A stretch of 64,000 bases of DNA from a virus. The stretch's first letter is position 1. Each line of letters starts with the position of its first letter. The notes under the pieces were generated by a model. It was given only the letters and a program-made list of their open reading frames with translations, did no database searches and was not told the origin of the DNA. This document shows positions 52,237 through 59,965 of the stretch, in pieces. Location: IMG/VR virus record IMGVR_UViG_3300045988_154248; one strand, 5' to 3'. A program made the translations under genes and the position numbers.

Positions 52237-52637
52237 TATTCATCACCTCTTTTTAATAATCCGAAAAATTCTAATTCTGCATCATCCATAGCACATTCAT
52301 TCATGAAATATTCATACTGTTCTTCGTCTGTCATATTACATTCTTCCAGAAGAGTATCTTTCCATTGCGTTGCAAGTTCTTCCAGGCGTGAACGTGGAAT
52401 GTATGTAATTTCCGTTCTAGCACGAAATGAATCAATCGCATTCTGCATAACCAGATATTCTTCTCTACCATATTTTCCATACATCCATGAGCAGACAGTG
52501 TAAGCCCAACTTCCATCAGCACAGATGTCAGATACGATCTTGTACTCTTCTGTACTTTCCATTTTGATGAGTGCGTACTCTTTCTTTTGGGCAATGATTT
52601 CATAATCAAAGCCAGCTGGATTATGTCGTTTTTCCAT
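52236..52637 (-). CDS. hypothetical protein
   Basis: ORF track 133 aa; TAATG overlap with the downstream gene. Confidence 0.55.
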   Translation of the reverse strand: MEKRHNPAGFDYEIIAQKKEYALIKMESTEEYKIVSDICADGSWAYTVCSWMYGKYGREEYLVMQNAIDSFRARTEITYIPRSRLEELATQWKDTLLEECNMTDEEQYEYFMNECAMDDAELEFFGLLKRGDE

Positions 52638-52847
52638 TTTATTTTCCTCTCTTTCTTGTGATTTAAGTAATCACATTGGAACGGACAAGTTTCCTTATCC
52701 GCTCTGTCTAACTACTTAATTTTCACTTTCGCTTTCGGACAGATATTCTTCTAATCCTGCATATTCATCATCCGAAAGCAGATTCCGTAAATCATCCATT
52801 GACATAATCGTTATTCTCCTTTCTCGTTTGCGTTTTTGAGTGAAAGA

Positions 52848-52880
52848 AAACACCATCAGTTAGCTAGGCTGACGGTGTTT
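52848..52880 (-). terminator. intrinsic terminator after the HTH-ParB gene
   Basis: 12-bp stem aaacaccatcag / ctgacggtgttt (one mismatch), then TTTTCTTTC on the minus strand. Confidence 0.6.
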
Positions 52881-52984
52881 CTTCCTATATATATGTGGAG
52901 GGATAAGGTGGTGCTTTCTTATTCCGAACTCCCTATGTAAAATATGTATATGTATTGCTTGCTATGTATTATGTAAGATATGTA

Positions 52985-54100
52985 TTATTTATTGACTTCG
53001 CTTTCCAGAATGTCAAACAACTGTGCATTACTCTTAACAGGAAATACCTTACTTTCGTAGAAAGCTGCTCCGCTACAATGTTTCTTCAAAAGATTTAATG
53101 TTTCCGTTCCGTGAATGCTTTCCATCTTCAGAAGAACATTGATATTTCGCTGTGTGAATGCATTCTTTTCTGTAGATCCGCACCAATTCAATTCTTTAAT
53201 CATAACGATTGCATGTTTAAGCGATTCAGGTCTGCGCTTTGCCATTCTTAACAGATTCATGGTTGGTGTAACTTTCCCAATAGGATTTTCTTTCCGATTC
53301 AGGTCAGCCGAGATCTGGATGTTGTATGCATCGAAAATCATTTTGAAATTAATATAATCTTCTTCGTTCGCTTCAATACCAGCTCTATACATATCACTAA
53401 CCGACATAGGTTTCCTTCCTGCCTGCTGTCCTAAGAAAACTAATACGGCCTCACACATTGTTTTACAATCAATAATCTCAACCAGAATTTTTAATTTTTC
53501 TGCTTTTCCTAACAGATTGTTTTTCATAATGAATGCAGCTAATCTATGTGCGCCATCGGCTACATATAATTTTCCATCAATAAGGAACACTTTGATCGGA
53601 TCGAATTTCGATTCATTGAAATTTTCTTCAATCTCTTTTGCCTTTACCATGTCCGTACTTCTCTGCCAGTCTGGAATATGTACAAACAGTGGGTTGATTG
53701 TTATATATTTTTTATTTCCTACTGTCAAAGGATACCGTAATGCATTGCTTACTTCCGATGTTTCCATTTCTGCATCAAAATCCCTCTGTTCATTAATCCA
53801 ATTTTCGAAATCGACTGATGTCATATAATGCCGAAATCCTTTTGCTCTTCTATATTTTTCATATGTCTTTCCCATCGAATCTGAAAAGCTGTATCCTACA
53901 TCATGAATTTCGATGTCATCTTTATTAATTTTCAGGATAAAGCACAGCTTTTTCACTTTTCCTTCCGATGGGTTACTTTTGCCTGTTTCATAATTGGAAA
54001 TTGTGTTTTCAGTCACACCGAGTTCTTTTGCAAGTGCTTTCTGTGACATGCCGGCTTTCTCTCTCATCTCTGTTAATTTTACTCCATTGATTTTACACAT
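52985..54100 (-). CDS. XRE-type HTH fused to a ParB-like N-terminal (nuclease/CTPase-fold) domain
   Basis: N-terminus LTEMREKAGMSQKALAKELGVTENTISNYETGKSNPS; mid-region PIKVFLIDGKLYVADGAHRLAAF (ParB-N core). Confidence 0.65.
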   Translation of the reverse strand: MCKINGVKLTEMREKAGMSQKALAKELGVTENTISNYETGKSNPSEGKVKKLCFILKINKDDIEIHDVGYSFSDSMGKTYEKYRRAKGFRHYMTSVDFENWINEQRDFDAEMETSEVSNALRYPLTVGNKKYITINPLFVHIPDWQRSTDMVKAKEIEENFNESKFDPIKVFLIDGKLYVADGAHRLAAFIMKNNLLGKAEKLKILVEIIDCKTMCEAVLVFLGQQAGRKPMSVSDMYRAGIEANEEDYINFKMIFDAYNIQISADLNRKENPIGKVTPTMNLLRMAKRRPESLKHAIVMIKELNWCGSTEKNAFTQRNINVLLKMESIHGTETLNLLKKHCSGAAFYESKVFPVKSNAQLFDILESEVNK

Positions 54101-54203
54101 AATTTTTATCTCCTTTTTCTATGTTTTATTATTTTGAATTTCCCTTTGATTTTGAGCATAAAAATAACAGGTATATTTCAACCTGCTTTTCTATGCTCTG
54201 TGT

Positions 54204-54521
54204 TCAGTTTTCGAAACCACATAATGTATATGGTTCTAGCGTACATACCATATAACAATATATAGCATTATCATATAGTATGTCATCTTCGGCAATTCGC
54301 TTCCAATTTTCAAGCGTTGCCTTTTCATTTTCTCTTAGTCCTCCTCCGTATTCTTTCCAGATCGTATCACGACTTGCAATGTTTAGTTCTGCTAATCTAC
54401 GATCCATTTGCCTTAAAGATTCTATACGACGGTTTAGTGACCATGATTCTATTTTGCGTTGCGGAATGTAATCACCTTCTTTCTGTGGTTTTGCCTTACC
54501 GAATTTTGTAAAGAATTTCAT
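54204..54521 (-). CDS. hypothetical protein
   Basis: ORF track 105 aa. Confidence 0.5.
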   Translation of the reverse strand: MKFFTKFGKAKPQKEGDYIPQRKIESWSLNRRIESLRQMDRRLAELNIASRDTIWKEYGGGLRENEKATLENWKRIAEDDILYDNAIYCYMVCTLEPYTLCGFEN

Positions 54522-54990
54522 CCCAACCAGGAAGAAGAAATTCTGTCAGCCGATTATTGTTCATCATCGCATCGAATCCGATTTTTGTTACAATATCAAC
54601 AATTTCTTTTTTAGTAAGGATAAATTCTGGCGTTGTCTTTTTAATAGTTCTTACACAGATTTCCGCAAGTTCCCTTCCTGCTTCTTTCTGTTCATAAAAT
54701 GCATGACGGCTGATGTCATGAAACAGATCGTCTAATATTTCCTTTACCTTCTGAAGAGTAATATATTCTTCATGCAGTTTTTTGTATTTTCGTACAGACT
54801 CGTTGAATTTCCGTTCTTCCGCCAGCTTGTTGCAATACTGGACTGCTGCCGCGAACTCTGCGTCTGTCATATCACAGGTAAAGATGATAACTTCCGGTTT
54901 CTCTTTTGCTTCAAAGTCGATTCCTGACAATGCAAGATAAGAATAAAAGCTTGCACTATTTGCCACTTTGATTTCAAATACTTTTCTCAT
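54496..54990 (-). CDS. hypothetical protein
   Basis: ORF track 164 aa. Confidence 0.55.
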   Translation of the reverse strand: MRKVFEIKVANSASFYSYLALSGIDFEAKEKPEVIIFTCDMTDAEFAAAVQYCNKLAEERKFNESVRKYKKLHEEYITLQKVKEILDDLFHDISRHAFYEQKEAGRELAEICVRTIKKTTPEFILTKKEIVDIVTKIGFDAMMNNNRLTEFLLPGWDEILYKIR

Positions 54991-55073
54991 GATTTTTAAT
55001 TTCCTTTCTTAATTAATTTGATTATGTATATATTATGCATAATTATAAGTGCATAACTTATAATTCATAGTTC

Positions 55074-55247
55074 TTAGTGCGGCGAAATGATCCAGTTTCC
55101 GTTGTTCGCTTCGCCAAAAGCTACGACATAAGTAAGACATAAAGCTCCCGGAACTAGATACCAAAGACTGCTTTCTGAACTGAGCAAGAACCAGATTGCT
55201 CCGATCCATGCCAGGATATAACTTACTTTTAATAATTTGTCTCTCAT
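55074..55247 (-). CDS. small membrane protein (57 aa)
   Basis: Own call: MRDKLLKVSYILAWIGAIWFLLSSESSLWYLVPGALCLTYVVAFGEANNGNWIISPH. AAAGGAGAAAAAGGA SD; ATGA overlap with the upstream stop. Preferred over track ORF 55033-55293. Confidence 0.5.
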   Translation of the reverse strand: MRDKLLKVSYILAWIGAIWFLLSSESSLWYLVPGALCLTYVVAFGEANNGNWIISPH

Positions 55248-55624
55248 TCCTTTTTCTCCTTTGCCTTTTTGTTTTTTCTCTGGAAATAATCAAGCGGAAG
55301 CGGAATATCTTCTTTACCTTCTTCTTGAAAGAATTTAAATTCTCTTCCTTTCCATCTTCCGGTGATAGAAAGAATCAGTCTTTCCGTTCCGTCAAGCCAA
55401 TGACCTGCACCCAGGCTATAATAGTTCTTATCATTCGGAAGCATGAACAGAATGACTACTTCATCATCCCAGTCAAGCGGGATTTCATAGATTTCTGCAT
55501 TCTGTGGAATGTTTACGAGATTCATAAGTTCCCTTGCAAGTTTCGATTTATTTAAGGATCTGCAATCAGTTGCTTCTATGTTACAAATTTCCTTTACAAG
55601 TGGCATAAACTTTTCTGGTTTCAT
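55244..55624 (-). CDS. hypothetical protein
   Basis: ORF track 126 aa. Confidence 0.55.
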   Translation of the reverse strand: MKPEKFMPLVKEICNIEATDCRSLNKSKLARELMNLVNIPQNAEIYEIPLDWDDEVVILFMLPNDKNYYSLGAGHWLDGTERLILSITGRWKGREFKFFQEEGKEDIPLPLDYFQRKNKKAKEKKE

Positions 55625-55659
55625 TTTTTGGTTTCCTTTCTGTGTAGTTTCTTTTTTCT

Positions 55660-56052
55660 TTATTCTCCGAACACCTGATAGATTGTTCCATCTTTGGTGT
55701 AAATCCGAATTTTGCCTTCTGCCTTTTCTACGTCGGTGATGTCGTCCAACGCAACGTATGCCTTGTTAAAATCGTACTCGTCGGCTGATTTATAAGAGTA
55801 GAACTCATAACCGTCGGAAGTCATAAGAGACAGTTCTTCTCCGTTTGTATTCCAGTCTACAATGTCACAGACGAACGCATCGGCGTAGCTGTAGTCCTGT
55901 TCCTGGCTGTAATCGAGCTTCTGAGTTTCGCTTGTGATTTCCGTTGCGGAGTTCTGCCGTGATTCTGATGCTGTTTTGGTGGTTTTGTAAGCAGAGATTC
56001 CGGAAAAGATGGTGGTAAGGGTGAGAAGTGTTACTGTTATTTTTTTGAACAT
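55660..56052 (-). CDS. exported protein (N-terminal signal peptide)
   Basis: MFKKITVTLLTLTTIFSGISAYK is a Sec-type leader; 130 aa. Confidence 0.55.
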   Translation of the reverse strand: MFKKITVTLLTLTTIFSGISAYKTTKTASESRQNSATEITSETQKLDYSQEQDYSYADAFVCDIVDWNTNGEELSLMTSDGYEFYSYKSADEYDFNKAYVALDDITDVEKAEGKIRIYTKDGTIYQVFGE

Positions 56053-56165
56053 AGTAGTTCCTCCTTATTTTGAGTTTGCCTTGTGAAATTGAAAACTTTT
56101 GCATCAAAAAAAGACATTCTTGCTTTGCATTGCAAAAACGCCTTTTTCGGTTCTGTTATTTTGTT

Positions 56166-56402
56166 TTACAAATAGAATGTAACTTCTACTTGTGTAGGAA
56201 TCCCGAATGCAATTACATTACATACACGAGTTTCCATTGTGTTATCTTCCAGATATTTCCGTTGTTGGATTCTGGAATCATACATTCCTGTCAGTTTCCG
56301 CAAAGTATCTTCTACGTTTTCCGGTATGAACTGTTCCGCAATTTCTCTGTGACGCCGTGAAAATTTTGTCATCGGAATACAAGTAATATCATTTCTTTTC
56401 AT
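56166..56402 (-). CDS. hypothetical protein
   Basis: ORF track 78 aa. Confidence 0.45.
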   Translation of the reverse strand: MKRNDITCIPMTKFSRRHREIAEQFIPENVEDTLRKLTGMYDSRIQQRKYLEDNTMETRVCNVIAFGIPTQVEVTFYL

Positions 56403-56631
56403 TTGTGTTTCCTCCTAAGATCATTCTTGATGCTTTCAGCGCATTGTTTGCCTTGAAATTTCCAGTTTTGATAAACACAGATAATAAAGCAGGTGCTAAT
56501 TCTTCTACTAATTCTGTAGTATATAACATATTACAGATAGCATTGAAAATACCCATGGTTGCCTTGTCATTTTCTAAATGATTGCTTTTAATTGTAACCA
56601 TCATTGCGTTTTCTGCCTGGATTGCGTTCAT
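56389..56631 (-). CDS. hypothetical protein
   Basis: ORF track 80 aa. Confidence 0.5.
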   Translation of the reverse strand: MNAIQAENAMMVTIKSNHLENDKATMGIFNAICNMLYTTELVEELAPALLSVFIKTGNFKANNALKASRMILGGNTNEKK

Positions 56632-56670
56632 GTTATTCTACCTCCTGTTTTACCTTTTTACATTCTCTGC

Positions 56671-57204
56671 TTAATAGTCATAACCACAAGATAATGAAAT
56701 CATTGATGCATTACCAGAAAATTCCCAATGAGCATAAGTTGTGTGTTCTTTCCATTCCGGTTCTGACCGTCCAAAATCTCGTGCTTCCATTCCAGGAATT
56801 AATCGCTGCCCAGATCCACCGCCTTTCTTTCTTGTAACCGCGCTTTTCATCATTTTATCGAAATTTTCCGGTTTGCATTCTCTGATTGGGTGAACTGATT
56901 TCGCTTTACTTTCTTTATGAGCTTTCCAGATGCTGCACGCAAGTTTCCGTTCGAACTCATTCTTGCTATAGGTGGCGATTATATCTCGTTCCCATTCGTT
57001 ATAAACCGAATTGAAAGCCCACACATACAAATAAACGCGGTTTCCTTTATAGTTTGGGAACGAGTCACACACGTACCGAACGCCGTCATATTGAGTATAT
57101 ACGGCATTTACTGGGAAAAGTTTTCCCGCCATTCTGAATTGTTTTCTTGCAATGAGATAACGCGTATCTGAGCATTTTTTAAACACTTCTGAAATTTTAC
57201 ACAT
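56671..57204 (-). CDS. hypothetical protein
   Basis: Track frame; start at ATG 57204 behind AAGAGGG. Confidence 0.5.
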   Translation of the reverse strand: MCKISEVFKKCSDTRYLIARKQFRMAGKLFPVNAVYTQYDGVRYVCDSFPNYKGNRVYLYVWAFNSVYNEWERDIIATYSKNEFERKLACSIWKAHKESKAKSVHPIRECKPENFDKMMKSAVTRKKGGGSGQRLIPGMEARDFGRSEPEWKEHTTYAHWEFSGNASMISLSCGYDY

Positions 57205-57379
57205 GGTTTTCCCTCTTTTCTTTCTTATTTTCATTGCAAAGCTGGAAATTTAAGTACGCAAAAAAGACGTTGCACACACAACGCCCATTTTCGGGTATCA
57301 AAAAGCACTTAAAAAAATAAGTGTTGAAAATCGCCCGTAACTTTTGACGGTCACGGGCGATTATATTGCGATTGCGTGG

Positions 57380-58342
57380 TTATTTCTGTTTCTTCTGTTC
57401 AAAAGTCAGATTGCCCTTAATTTCGAACTTTCCACCCTGTTTTTTCAGGACGATTGCTTTTACAAGAACTCGTTCAAATTTCTTGTAGTTCACTGTCTTG
57501 AACAGGAATTTTCCGTTTCCGTCCTGTTCAATGTTGAAACCAGAAACAAGGGTCGCCAGGTTATTTAATTCCGTTGGGGTCATTCTGATGGAACGAGACG
57601 CAAGTACCTTATTCCCGTCCGATTTTGTGACAGAAAACCGCGAAAACAGGTTTTCCATCTCAGCGCGGAATGACAGATAAAGTTTTTTTGTATCTTCCGT
57701 TGTTTCACCTCCTGTTCGTCCTAATTCGTGACGGTAAAGCTGGGCACTCTGTAAAGGTTTTTCAAAAACCTTTTTCCAGTCCGAAACGTTGCCGGACGCA
57801 AGCGAACAGAACAGTTCAAAATGGAGCAGCTGTTTTCCAGTTCCTTTTACCTGGGCAACGTATACCGGAGAAATAATACCGGAAATTTTTTCGCACGCGT
57901 CACGCAACGCGTCACGGCGGTTAGTGAGATCCATTCTCACATCTTCTGCCGTCAGAAGAAACGCGCGGAGCTTTAAATATTCCGTACTTTCTTCCGTATC
58001 CAATTCGAATACATCACGCTTGTTTTCAAGCTCTTTTGCGCGCGCTTCAGACTTTTCAACCGTTTTCAGAAAACTTTCTAACTTGTTTTCTGAAGCGGTT
58101 TTTTCCTGTTCCATACAAGCCGCGAAAACGGCGTTTTTGTAAAGAACCGGAGTGAGAACTACACCGACAAGTGAAAGTTCATTAAAATCGGTATAAGACC
58201 GTGAGATAATCCCGTCCGAAACGAGATCGAAAACAACGCGGTTATAGACAAGCGCGGTTTCATCTACTACAAGACGAGTTCCGGAAACAAGGTTGATAGA
58301 AGCAAGTTCGTTGCGGGTTACTTTCAGAATGTTATACATCAT
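57380..58342 (-). CDS. hypothetical protein (about 320 aa, central coiled coil)
   Basis: Track frame; start at ATGATG 58342 behind AAGGAGG. A 7-bp hairpin at 58362-58380 lies just upstream. G+C clearly above the window average. Confidence 0.55.
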   Translation of the reverse strand: MMYNILKVTRNELASINLVSGTRLVVDETALVYNRVVFDLVSDGIISRSYTDFNELSLVGVVLTPVLYKNAVFAACMEQEKTASENKLESFLKTVEKSEARAKELENKRDVFELDTEESTEYLKLRAFLLTAEDVRMDLTNRRDALRDACEKISGIISPVYVAQVKGTGKQLLHFELFCSLASGNVSDWKKVFEKPLQSAQLYRHELGRTGGETTEDTKKLYLSFRAEMENLFSRFSVTKSDGNKVLASRSIRMTPTELNNLATLVSGFNIEQDGNGKFLFKTVNYKKFERVLVKAIVLKKQGGKFEIKGNLTFEQKKQK

Positions 58343-58429
58343 GGTTTTTTCCTCCTTAAATGCCGTGTACTTGACACGGCGAAACAAAATTGATAAGATA
58401 TGTATTGAAACAATTTCGGCGCTCATAAA

Positions 58430-59010
58430 CTCACGTTTTCGTCAATATTTCAAGCGGGCGACTTGAGCGCCACGACTTACGGGAAACGTCCCGCGACGTA
58501 TTTTAATGGAACACGTAAACCGAAAAGGGAGCGACTTGAGCGCCACCACTTTTTTTATTGCAATTTGTAGGGAGCGACTTGAGCGCCACCGCTACGAAAA
58601 GGTGTTTCGTTCGAATGTAGTCTGTATATCCCGTGTACAGGTGGGAAAACGCATATCATCACACGCGCCCACTTTGTTTACCACTCAAGTGCTGCTGATT
58701 TTAAGCAGATATTTGAAGACGGTTACTCGTGTTACCCGTTCGCGTACATCTCACGACGTTCGCGCGCTCAACTGGGAATAGTCCTATTCGGTATGGACTT
58801 TGTACCGGGCAAATTAGTTTGCCGAACTCATGCAAGAATAGAATGCAGATGGATTTTCCGCCATCCGCGGAGCGGTTACACGTCCGCGTAATAGATACTG
58901 AGACTAAGGTTGACAGTTACAATCCCGGGCGGTGTCCGGTATACAGAAGAAGAAACACCGCGAACGAAACGACCGTTCGCGTACCGTTTAGGCTATCACC
59001 CTTTCGGTAA
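58430..59010. other. GC-rich, hairpin-dense non-coding region (candidate large structured RNA or protein-binding array)
   Basis: No minus-strand ORF of 60 aa or more. The two plus-strand track ORFs lack an SD and are Arg/Ser/Thr-rich. GC-rich hairpins at 58480-58493, 58808-58823, 58848-58865, 58929-58961 and 58959-58981. 12-nt repeat ccgttcgcgtac at 58736 and 58973. Confidence 0.5.
58456..58590 (+). repeat. three direct repeats, core GCGACTTGAGCGCCAC
   Basis: 58527-58547 and 58570-58590 are identical 21-mers GGGAGCGACTTGAGCGCCACC; 58456-58473 shares the 16-nt core. Core-to-core spacing is 73 and 43 nt. Partial inverted copies (ccactcaagtgc at ~58681, gcgcgctcaactg at ~58761) lie downstream. 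Confidence 0.8.
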
Positions 59011-59022
59011 TTGTATTATCTC

Positions 59023-59208
59023 ATAAACATGCATAGATTGCAAGTGTTTTTTAGTGAAATTATACACAAATTATAAACATGCATAGAACTATTTTTAGTG
59101 CATATTGCTAGTTGATTAATTGTCGTTGTGTAATATACACAATAGATGCGGTATAAGTAATAGTATTATGCAGCATATTGGCAAATAGTAATATTACACA
59201 ATAGATGC
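59023..59208 (+). repeat. two pairs of direct repeats upstream of the RHH-like gene
   Basis: ATAAACATGCATAGA at 59023-59037 and 59073-59087, each followed by TTTTTAGTG. GTAATAT(T)ACACAATAGATGC at ~59129-59149 and ~59188-59208. Confidence 0.7.
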
Positions 59209-59244
59209 AATAGTTTATTGTGCAAAGTGCTGAAAATAAAATAA

Positions 59245-59460
59245 TTGAAAGAAGGTATCATATTGTCAGAAACTAACGAGTCACAATTAAAAGCTGTCAG
59301 AAAATATAACTCGCAATGTAAAAGTGTCGCAATACGCTACACTCCAAAAGAATTATCAGAATTTGAAAGGTTAGAAAGATATATTTCAGAAAATAATGTA
59401 AATAAAGCCGAATATATTAAAAATTTAATAAAAGCAGATCTGGACAAAAAGGGCTATTGA
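59245..59460 (+). CDS. small DNA-binding-like protein, possibly ribbon-helix-helix
   Basis: ORF track 71 aa (TTG start). KSVAIRYTPKELSEFERLERYISENNVNKAEYIKNLI has a beta-strand then two-helix pattern typical of CopG/Arc-type proteins. Confidence 0.4.
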   Translation: MKEGIILSETNESQLKAVRKYNSQCKSVAIRYTPKELSEFERLERYISENNVNKAEYIKNLIKADLDKKGY

Positions 59461-59486
59461 CTGCAAAGTGTACCAGAATAGAAGGT

Positions 59487-59524
59487 TGACTATTGGTCAG
59501 TTTAGAATGACTATTGGTCAGTTT
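59487..59524 (+). repeat. two perfect 17-nt iterons TGACTATTGGTCAGTTT, 21-bp period
   Basis: 59487-59503 and 59508-59524; each contains the internal palindrome TGAC-N5-GTCA. Confidence 0.8.
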
Positions 59525-59530
59525 GTAAAT

Positions 59531-59670
59531 TAGGAATGATTACTATTATTGATTTTATGGAAATGTGAGGTTTAGTACTGGTAAACTTTTTGTTTAGTAT
59601 TTGTATATGTGGAAATTGTGGATAATGTGGAAAACTTATGTAGATAACTTGATAATAGTAATCATTCCTA
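59531..59670. repeat. 19-bp perfect inverted repeat enclosing the DnaA-box cluster
   Basis: taggaatgattactattat (59531-59549) pairs with ataatagtaatcattccta (59652-59670). Confidence 0.8.
59608..59634 (+). promoter_or_regulatory. three contiguous head-to-tail DnaA-box-like 9-mers (origin-like)
   Basis: TGTGGAAAT-TGTGGATAA-TGTGGAAAA. The middle box is the exact complement of consensus TTATCCACA; the flanking boxes differ at 2 positions each. Confidence 0.6.
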
Positions 59671-59965
59671 TTTTCGATATATAAAATTTTTACATATGAC
59701 CTTACGTCACACTTTACCACCCTTTTTCAACTTGCCACCGGAACAGCGCGCGCCATGGTCAAAAATTTTTATTTTACCAAACAATAGAAAAAATTTTATC
59801 TATTGTCAAAATATTTTAAATTGTACTGAAATTGTGTTATGCCATGTAAAATACCTGTTTTTCGGGGTAAAATGACGTTGTGATCTGTTTATTGTCTGAG
59901 TAGTCAGACGGGGGGTAGTTAAAATCAGCAAATTGTCTGAATTTTCTGAAATCTCACATAGCTGG

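Noticed and set aside
55033-55293. Track ORF 55033-55293 (86 aa, Arg/Lys/Ser-rich).
   Set aside because: It has no SD. A different frame gives a two-helix membrane peptide (55074-55247) with an SD and an ATGA overlap to the upstream gene, which fits the local gene grammar better.
58456-58590. Three 21-nt direct repeats considered as a mini CRISPR array.
   Set aside because: There are only three copies. Spacers are unequal (about 53 and 22 nt), the repeat is shorter than typical CRISPR repeats, the first copy is degenerate at its 5' end, and no cas gene is present in the window.
58506-59010. Plus-strand track ORFs 58506-58781 and 58729-59010 as protein-coding genes.
   Set aside because: No SD precedes either ATG. 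Their products are Arg/Ser/Thr-rich strings typical of translated GC-rich non-coding DNA, and they run straight through the repeats and hairpins.
57380-59010. Retron, group II intron, or TnpB/IscB guide-RNA locus as an explanation for the structured GC-rich region.
   Set aside because: No reverse transcriptase, TnpB/IscB or intron-encoded protein motif is present in the adjacent ORFs, and the 57380-58342 product shows none of their signatures.
59511-59720. Minus-strand track ORF across the iteron/DnaA-box region.
   Set aside because: It lies entirely within repeats and the inverted repeat, has no SD, and gives a low-complexity product.
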